Shown one piece after another: positions 15,601 through 21,563 of a stretch of DNA of 21,563 nt. The DNA comes from a bacterium (GTDB lineage Bacteria; Babelota; Babeliae; Babelales; JABCYS01). The position numbers and the translations under genes were made by a program. The notes beneath the pieces are model-generated. The model saw only the letters and a list, made by a program, of their open reading frames with translations, had not been told where the DNA came from and did not search any database. The stretch's first letter is position 1. The number at the start of each line of letters is the position of its first letter. The stretch lies in assembly GCA_027452085.1 (NCBI GenBank), contig DAIDHG010000015.1:1-21563 (forward strand), read 5' to 3'.

Positions 15601-17037
15601 CTGAAGGGAGATATTCAATATTCTCCTGAAGAGAAACTACTCCGCGCTATCTTTGGTGAAAAATCACGCGAAGTTCGTGATACATCACTGCGCGTTCAAC
15701 CGGGCGTTGAAGGTACCGTTATTGATGTGAAGGTATTCTCACGCAGTGGTATTCGCAAAGATAAACGTTATCGCGATATCGTAGCGAAACAAACACAACG
15801 TATTGAAACTGATTATGCAGCGCATACCAAATTCTTGCGCAACATGATCAAAGAACAAATAATCGACTTACTTGCTGGTCAGGAAGTTTCTGGCAAGACG
15901 CCAAAAGAGTTCATCAAGAAAGGTGTGCTTGATAAGGATGCGTTGCAAGCTGGTGAGCTGGATGAACTTTCAGCGAATTCACTCTTTGCATTAAAGACCA
16001 CACATAAAGCGACCAATGAAAAGATCGCTTCGATGAAAGACTCGCTTGAAAACCAATTGCGTATTCTCGCGGGGCTCAAAGAAGAGCGCATCAATAATTT
16101 GAAGAAGGGTGACAACCTCCCATCTGGCGTTATTAAGATGGTTAAGGTTTACATCGCTAAAAAGCGTACGATTTCAGTGGGCGATAAGCTTGCTGGTCGT
16201 CACGGTAACAAGGGTGTGGTGTCAATTCTTGTCCCACGCGAAGACATGCCATTTATGGATGATGGCACGCCAGTTGATATCGTGCTCAACCCGCTCGGTG
16301 TTCCTTCTCGTATGAACGTAGGTCAGATCTTAGAAACTCTTATGGGTTTTGCTGGCCGCGACATTGGTATCAAGTTGCAAGATTTAATTAATACCAAAGG
16401 CTATGACGAAGTGAAAAAGTATGTCGTCAAATACTATGGTGCTGACATGATTAAGCAGCTTGAAGAAAGCCAAGGCCGGGATGCGGTATGGACGCTTGCG
16501 CATAAAACAGCAAAAGCAGGGGTTCACTTTGCATCACCTATCTTTGATGGCGCAAACTATGAAGATGATGTGAAGCCATTGCTTAAAGATCTTGGGTTGT
16601 CAGACTCTGGCACCTATAAGATTCGCGATGGCAGAACTGGTGAATATTTTGATCAGCCAGTCACGGTAGGTTGCATCTACATGATGAAACTAAACCACAT
16701 GGTTGATGATAAGTTACACGCTCGTTCAGATGGTCCATACTCACTAGTGACGCAACAGCCGCTCGGTGGTAAGGCTCAGATGGGTGGTCAGCGTTTTGGG
16801 GAAATGGAAGTCTGGGCATTGGGTGCGTATGGTGCGGCGTATGCATTGCGCGAAATGCTCACGTATAAATCTGACGACGTCAGTGGTCGTCATAAGGTGT
16901 ATGAGGCAATTATCCGTGGTGAGGATATTCCAGAGCCAGGGTTGCCTGAATCATTCAACGTATTGATCAAAGAACTCCAAAGTTTAGGCCTACAAGTTGA
17001 TCTCGTTAAAACTGGCAAGGAGGAAATCGGTGGATAA
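12694..17037 (+). CDS. rpoB: RNA polymerase beta subunit
   Basis: GGGAG RBS before ATG 12694; QLSQFMDQTNPL, HYGRICPIETPEG, GDKLAGRHGNKG, GQRFGEMEVW. Confidence 0.99.
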   Translation: MSLINVVRGVIRKSFGKIKDMVPVPNLIEIQSRSFNDFVQLDYLPAERQQIGLEKVLRDIFPIDHEGKMSLEYVSYELGHWACICGKLTGITNRYTWTCTSCKKGDCSRLDATLACPSCKKKSARYKTCTNCLSRVSIRPAMTVDECRASGQSFSMPLKIRIQLITWDEEAAAKGKKVVRDIKEQDIFFADVPVMMDLYEEDGRFKLGNQGTFLINGVDRVVVSQIHRSPGVFFSQSKKTKDVRGRPFYLARIIPMRGAWLDMEFDSSDNIYVRIDKKKKVLATTLLQALGIPRSSLIPMFYPADVVVVENGEPFRPVNQSIVGIRIEKGMLPGKLEDQFVGMRVTKDMLEKLKAAKVKELILTPGHVINKVAAADVMNPETGEIIIEQGQQISEEQFEQLKEFKKIDVSLVASGYVVQPTIATTLLQDPARSQEDAIREVHSKLWPGDSASVREVRERLENMFFSPKLYDLTRVGRIRMNRKLGLTIPDTTTALTLEDLVATLKYLVGLRERAEGTLDDVDHLGNRRVRLVGELLTNQVYVGFTRIDRIVREKFRMLETNAALMPQDFLNVKPLGAVLREFFGTGQLSQFMDQTNPLAEIAHKRRLSALGPGGVMKDRATYEIRDVHTSHYGRICPIETPEGQTIGLISSLATYAMVNDLGFIETPYRPVVDGKIKDEVVFLDAFQEANKYITQSSAAETDQHKLKPGRVFVRHEGNFEFADRDEVNYIDLSPKQLVSVATALIPFLEHDDASRALMGSNMQRQAVPLIACKPPLVGTGMEPEIVKATGAIITAKRGGIVEYVSSDKIIIRANAEDFATIDDWIAQGIDTYYLRKFERSSYSTWIHQAPIVKPGDVVKAGDVLTNGPAIIDGELALGSNLNVAFMPWYGYNFEDAIVVSRRLVADDSLTSVHIDEEVVEARETKLGPEEITRDIPNVSEAALECLDEDGIVRIGTRVKAGDILVGKVTLKGDIQYSPEEKLLRAIFGEKSREVRDTSLRVQPGVEGTVIDVKVFSRSGIRKDKRYRDIVAKQTQRIETDYAAHTKFLRNMIKEQIIDLLAGQEVSGKTPKEFIKKGVLDKDALQAGELDELSANSLFALKTTHKATNEKIASMKDSLENQLRILAGLKEERINNLKKGDNLPSGVIKMVKVYIAKKRTISVGDKLAGRHGNKGVVSILVPREDMPFMDDGTPVDIVLNPLGVPSRMNVGQILETLMGFAGRDIGIKLQDLINTKGYDEVKKYVVKYYGADMIKQLEESQGRDAVWTLAHKTAKAGVHFASPIFDGANYEDDVKPLLKDLGLSDSGTYKIRDGRTGEYFDQPVTVGCIYMMKLNHMVDDKLHARSDGPYSLVTQQPLGGKAQMGGQRFGEMEVWALGAYGAAYALREMLTYKSDDVSGRHKVYEAIIRGEDIPEPGLPESFNVLIKELQSLGLQVDLVKTGKEEIGG

Positions 17038-20000
17038 AGTGCTCGAACGTTTTCGTGAATATATAGGTGCGTCTCAGTTTAATGCTATTCGTATCGGGCT
17101 TGCTTCGCCTCAGAAAGTGCGTTCACTTTCATACGGTGAAGTAAAGAAGATCGAAACGATTAACTACAGAACCCTCAAGCCAGAACGCGATGGTTTATTC
17201 TGTGCACGCATTTTCGGTCCAACAAAAGATTGGGAATGTAACTGCGGTAAATACAAGCGTATGAAACATCGTGGGGTAACCTGCGAAAAATGCGGCGTTG
17301 AAGTGATTCAAGCTCGCGTACGCCGTGAGCGCATGGGCCATATCGAGCTCGTAGCTCCCGTGGTACACCTCTGGTATTTAAAAGGCATACCAAGCTATTT
17401 GAGCTTGATCTTCGATATGCCAGTTAAAGATCTTGAACGTGTTATCTACTTTGATAGCTACATGGTAGTACATCAAGGTAAATCACCGTGGCCACGCAAA
17501 ACATTGGTGACCAACGCTGATTACGAGCAATATGTAGACAGCCACCCCGATGATCTTGATTTTGTGGCAAAGTCTGGTGCAGAAGCAGTGAAGGATGTTT
17601 TAGGTCTTATGGATCTGAGCGCCGAAATTGCGGCACTTGAAACCGACTATGCAAGCACATCATCGGTGGCAGCTCGTCACAAATTGATGCGTCGTATTAA
17701 AATTATTGCCGGCATGCTGCAGAGCAACCAGCGTCCTGAATGGATGGTGCTCCAAGTATTACCAGTATTGCCGCCGGATCTGCGTCCGCTCGTACCACTC
17801 GAAGGTGGCCGATTTGCCAGCGCAGATGCCAATGAATTATATCGTCGTGTATTAAACCGCAATATTCGTCTTGCGCGCTTGATCGAGATTGAAGCGCCTG
17901 AAGTTATTGTGAAAAACGAAAAGCGTATGCTGCAAGAAGCAGTTGATGCGCTCGTTGATAATGGTCGTCGCGGCCAACCAGTTCGTGGAACCAACCGCCG
18001 TCCATTGAAGTCATTGAGCGAATTGCTTCGTGGTAAGCAAGGTCGATTTAGGCAAAATCTTCTTGGTAAACGTGTTGACTACTCTGGCCGTTCAGTAATC
18101 GTGGTAGATCCAGAATTGCGCATGAATCAATGCGGGTTGCCAAAGATTATGGCGCTCGAACTCTTCAAATCATATGTGTATGCCGAACTCCTCAAGCGCG
18201 AAATTGTGCCAAATCTTCGTATGGCCCGTCGCCTGGTAGAAGAGGGTGCACCAGAAGTTTGGGATGCGCTTGAAGAGGTAGTAAAAGGTAGAACCGTACT
18301 ACTTAACCGTGCACCAACATTGCACCGTTTGGGTATCCAGGCATTCCAACCAATTCTGGTAGATGGTAAAGCTATTAAGATTCACCCACTCGTTTGCCAA
18401 GCATTTAACGCAGACTTTGACGGTGACCAAATGGCTGTGCACTTGCCATTGTCTGAGCGTGCACAAAAAGAAGCAATTGAGCTTCTCCTTTCTACTAACA
18501 ACCTGCTATCTCCCGGTAATGGTCGTCCGATTACCGTACCATCACAAGACATGGTATTGGGTCTGCACTATCTGACGAAAGGCCGCCGTAACGTAAACGG
18601 CCAAGGCATGATCTTCTCCGAGTTGGACGAAGTGTTACTTGCGCTTGAACAAGATCGAATTGATCTGCAAGCAGGCATTAAGTTGCGTTTACCATCTGGT
18701 GAAGTGGTTGAAACTACCGTCGGCCGCGCTGTGCTCTTTGATGCATTGCCTGAAGGCTCATCATTCAGTTGGGTGAACAAGACGATGCGTAAATCGGATA
18801 TTGCCAAGTTGGTGGAGAATGTTTATTTCCGCTTTGGTGCAACACCAACCGTCGGCATGCTTGATAAGATTAAGAAGCTTGGCTTTGGTTCTGCAACACA
18901 TGCCGGTATTTCATTCGGTATTAATGACTTATTAGTACCGCACAAGAAAAATGCTATCGTTGAGCAGGCTGAAAAAGAAGTTGAAGCAGTTGAGCAGCTC
19001 TACCGTGATGGTGTGATCACAAACGGTGAGCGCTATAACAAGGTCGTTAGTATTTGGTATCACGCAACGTCAGAAGTTGCCAAAGTGATGGTACAAGATC
19101 TTGAAGCTCAAGATGCACAAGCATTTGAAAATAAAAAACATACAAATGCACCATACAATCCAATCTACATGATGATTGAATCTGGTGCGCGAGGTTCTCG
19201 TGACCAGGTAAAACAGCTCGTGGGTATTCGAGGTCTCTTTGCAAAACCGACTGGTGAAACGATGGAAACGCCAGTGCGTAGTAACTTCAAAGAAGGTCTT
19301 AATGTATTTGAATACTTTATTTCTACCCACGGTGCTCGTAAGGGTCAGGCCGATACCGCGCTCAAAACCGCACATTCTGGTTACCTTACTCGTCGTTTGG
19401 TCGATGTGGCACAAGATGTTATTGTTTCACAACCAGATTGCGGCACGCTTGGCTTCATTGAACTTGAAGATTTCAAGGCAGGCGGTACCGTGTTGCAGCC
19501 ACTCGCTGCACGCGTAGCAGGCCGGGTATTAGCCGCGGATGTGCGTGATCCAATTACTGGTCAATTGCTCTTTGAGCAGGGTCGTCTGATTAGTCGTGAA
19601 GATGCAGATATACTTCGTGAATCTGCCGTTTCTAAGATTTTAGTGCGCTCGGTGCTTACCTGCCAATCACGTCGAGGCGTGTGCGGTATGTGCTATGGCT
19701 TAGACTTGGCACGCGGTGCAATGGTCGATATTGGTACAGCAGTTGGTTATATCGCTGCACAATCGATCGGTGAACCGGGTACCCAGCTCACCATGAGAAC
19801 GTTCCACATCGGTGGTACAGCAACTGGTGTTGCAGAAAGCTTCTATACAGCCAAGCACGAAGGTACGGTAGAGTTACGTCGCGTTCGCACGGTGACCAAC
19901 CGCGCCGGCAAGCAGGTGGTGGTAAGCCGTAAGGCTGCCATTGCCATCATCTCTAAAGATGGTCGTGAGTTGCAAGAGCATGCGCTTGAATATGGTGCTA

Positions 20001-21163
20001 TCCTGCACGTTGAAGATAAGCAACAAGTTGCCGTTGGCACAAAGCTGGCAGATTGGGATGCAGTAAACAAGCTCCTCATCAGCGAAGCAGTTGGTCATGC
20101 GCACTATGTTGATCTTATTGATAACGTGACCGTGCACGACAAGATCGATGAAGCGACTGGTGCAACCAGCAAGGTTGTGCTTGAGCATCGTGGCGATAAG
20201 CATCAACCGGCAATTAGCATTGTCGATGATGCGGGCAATGAGCTTGCTCACTATTACCTCCCAGCTGGTGCGTACATTACCGTTGCCAATAAACAAGCAG
20301 TAAAAGCCGGCGATATCCTGATCAAGGTGCCTCGTGAAGCATCTAAATCGAAGGATATTACCGGTGGTCTACCACAAATTGCTGATCTCTTTGAAGCACG
20401 TATGCCAAAAGATCCTGCAATCATTGCAGACATTGATGGTGAAATCGTGTTCGGTGGCATGTATCGTGGTATGCGCAAGGTAAGTGTGGTTTCAGGCTTT
20501 GAAACCTTTGATTACCTGATCCCTCGTGGTAAGCAATTGAACGTTGGTTCTGGCGACCGGGTAAACGCCGGTGATTTCCTCACATCTGGTCAGCCGGTAT
20601 TGCACGATATGTTGCGTATCCAGGGGCCTGAATCAATGCAGCGTTATTTGGTAAATCAGATCCAAGAGATCTATCGTATGCAAGGCATTGATATCAGTGA
20701 CCGCCATATTGAATTAATTGTGCGCCAAATGTTGCGTAAGGTGCGCGTTGTTGATCCAGGCGATAGCGACTTCTTAGTAGGCGACCGCGTAGACAAGATT
20801 CACTTTGCTACCGTGAACTCCCTACTTGCTGCAGAAGGTAAGCGTCCGGCTACTGCCAAGCCGATGCTCATGGGTATTACCATGGCGTCATTGGGTACCG
20901 AGAGCTTCTTCAGTGCCGCGTCGTTCCAAGAGACGACTCGAGTACTCACCGCAGCAGCCGTTGCTGGTCAACTTGATTACCTCGATGGGCTCAAGGAAAA
21001 CATTATTATTGGTAAGTTGGTGCCTGCGGGTACCGGCATACCGGCCTTCCGCAATAAATACCTCGGCGATGATGCCTCATCGTTTGAGCAAAAGGCACGG
21101 GTTTCAGAGCAGACTATGTTTGCAAATAATAAACCAGTGCAGGCTATGGCGGAGGCTGCCTAG
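17030..21163 (+). CDS. rpoC: RNA polymerase beta' subunit
   Basis: AGGAGG RBS (17018-17023) then GTG 17030, overlapping the rpoB end by 8 nt; N-terminal Zn finger, NADFDGD, SGYLTRRL, GEPGTQLTMRTFH. Confidence 0.99.
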   Translation: MDKVLERFREYIGASQFNAIRIGLASPQKVRSLSYGEVKKIETINYRTLKPERDGLFCARIFGPTKDWECNCGKYKRMKHRGVTCEKCGVEVIQARVRRERMGHIELVAPVVHLWYLKGIPSYLSLIFDMPVKDLERVIYFDSYMVVHQGKSPWPRKTLVTNADYEQYVDSHPDDLDFVAKSGAEAVKDVLGLMDLSAEIAALETDYASTSSVAARHKLMRRIKIIAGMLQSNQRPEWMVLQVLPVLPPDLRPLVPLEGGRFASADANELYRRVLNRNIRLARLIEIEAPEVIVKNEKRMLQEAVDALVDNGRRGQPVRGTNRRPLKSLSELLRGKQGRFRQNLLGKRVDYSGRSVIVVDPELRMNQCGLPKIMALELFKSYVYAELLKREIVPNLRMARRLVEEGAPEVWDALEEVVKGRTVLLNRAPTLHRLGIQAFQPILVDGKAIKIHPLVCQAFNADFDGDQMAVHLPLSERAQKEAIELLLSTNNLLSPGNGRPITVPSQDMVLGLHYLTKGRRNVNGQGMIFSELDEVLLALEQDRIDLQAGIKLRLPSGEVVETTVGRAVLFDALPEGSSFSWVNKTMRKSDIAKLVENVYFRFGATPTVGMLDKIKKLGFGSATHAGISFGINDLLVPHKKNAIVEQAEKEVEAVEQLYRDGVITNGERYNKVVSIWYHATSEVAKVMVQDLEAQDAQAFENKKHTNAPYNPIYMMIESGARGSRDQVKQLVGIRGLFAKPTGETMETPVRSNFKEGLNVFEYFISTHGARKGQADTALKTAHSGYLTRRLVDVAQDVIVSQPDCGTLGFIELEDFKAGGTVLQPLAARVAGRVLAADVRDPITGQLLFEQGRLISREDADILRESAVSKILVRSVLTCQSRRGVCGMCYGLDLARGAMVDIGTAVGYIAAQSIGEPGTQLTMRTFHIGGTATGVAESFYTAKHEGTVELRRVRTVTNRAGKQVVVSRKAAIAIISKDGRELQEHALEYGAILHVEDKQQVAVGTKLADWDAVNKLLISEAVGHAHYVDLIDNVTVHDKIDEATGATSKVVLEHRGDKHQPAISIVDDAGNELAHYYLPAGAYITVANKQAVKAGDILIKVPREASKSKDITGGLPQIADLFEARMPKDPAIIADIDGEIVFGGMYRGMRKVSVVSGFETFDYLIPRGKQLNVGSGDRVNAGDFLTSGQPVLHDMLRIQGPESMQRYLVNQIQEIYRMQGIDISDRHIELIVRQMLRKVRVVDPGDSDFLVGDRVDKIHFATVNSLLAAEGKRPATAKPMLMGITMASLGTESFFSAASFQETTRVLTAAAVAGQLDYLDGLKENIIIGKLVPAGTGIPAFRNKYLGDDASSFEQKARVSEQTMFANNKPVQAMAEAA

Positions 21164-21197
21164 CAAGATGCAATCAATTGCTTGATAGGCAAATTCA

Positions 21198-21221
21198 GGT
21201 AGGCGGGTGTTCCCGCCTACC
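21198..21221. other. Perfect 10-bp hairpin between rpoC and tRNA-Val
   Basis: GGTAGGCGGG-TGTT-CCCGCCTACC with no U-tract. Confidence 0.6.
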
Positions 21222-21228
21222 CTGTATA

Positions 21229-21303
21229 GGGCGCGTAGCTCAGTGGCAGAGCATCGCTTTGACGTAGCGAGGGTCAGCGGTTCAATCCCGTTCGCGCCCA
21301 CCA
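21229..21303 (+). tRNA. tRNA-Val (GAC)
   Basis: GGGCGCG/CGCGCCC acceptor, TCGCT-TTGACGT-AGCGA anticodon arm, ends ACCA. Confidence 0.96.
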
Positions 21304-21477
21304 TTTTTCTATATTGGCGCTCCCCAAAATACTAATCTCTTGGCGTCGGAGAGCCCGGGGCTCTACTAGCCTGCAAGATTATATTTTTGGTCGCTTTGGC
21401 TTCCCCGATCATGGAGCACTCTGTTTTTTAAACTGAGGATAGAGAGGGCAGTATCTCAAAAAACTTAGGCCCTTTAA

Positions 21478-21503
21478 CCCTTCGACAGGCTCAGGGCGAA
21501 CGG
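21478..21503. repeat. REP-like element CCCTTCGACAGGCTCAGGGCGAACGG
   Basis: Matches a short palindromic repeat I recognise from diverse bacteria; flanked by AACCC/GGGTT; related to 8730-8773. Confidence 0.7.
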
Positions 21504-21563
21504 GTTCAGGGCTGGCATTAGATTGTATGACTTCTTACGTCCTTGCTTTAGTTGGGTGAGCTC

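Noticed and set aside
12694..21163. Intein or rpoB-rpoC fusion
   Set aside because: No intein splice or homing-endonuclease motifs seen; rpoB has its own stop and rpoC its own RBS and GTG in another frame.

Overview
Bacterial chromosome segment in two parts. Bases 1-8.5 kb are an accessory region: a signal-peptide LRR protein running off the left edge, 3-methyladenine glycosylase (tag), two small secreted hypotheticals, two convergent AAA_14/wHTH/DUF4143-type ATPase genes (one frameshifted; each with an inverted repeat over its putative promoter), two head-to-head 5'-truncated gene remnants, a signal-peptide MutS-like ATPase lacking the mismatch-binding domain, and a BFD-like 2Fe-2S protein. 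Bases 8.5-21.3 kb are the core cluster tRNA-Tyr, Gly, Thr(TGT), Thr(GGT), rpmG, tRNA-Trp, secE, nusG, rplK, rplA, rplJ, rplL, rpoB, rpoC, tRNA-Val, with no tuf and with a Cys-rich insertion in RpoB. Two related REP-like palindromes are present (8730-8773 and 21478-21503). The gene content suggests an intracellular or protist-associated lineage such as Dependentiae (TM6/Babeliae). That is an inference from gene style, not a database result. The best candidates for undescribed biology are the operator-associated ATPase-nuclease pair, the exported MutS-like ATPase, and the LRR gene with a fixed framework and variable binding face.
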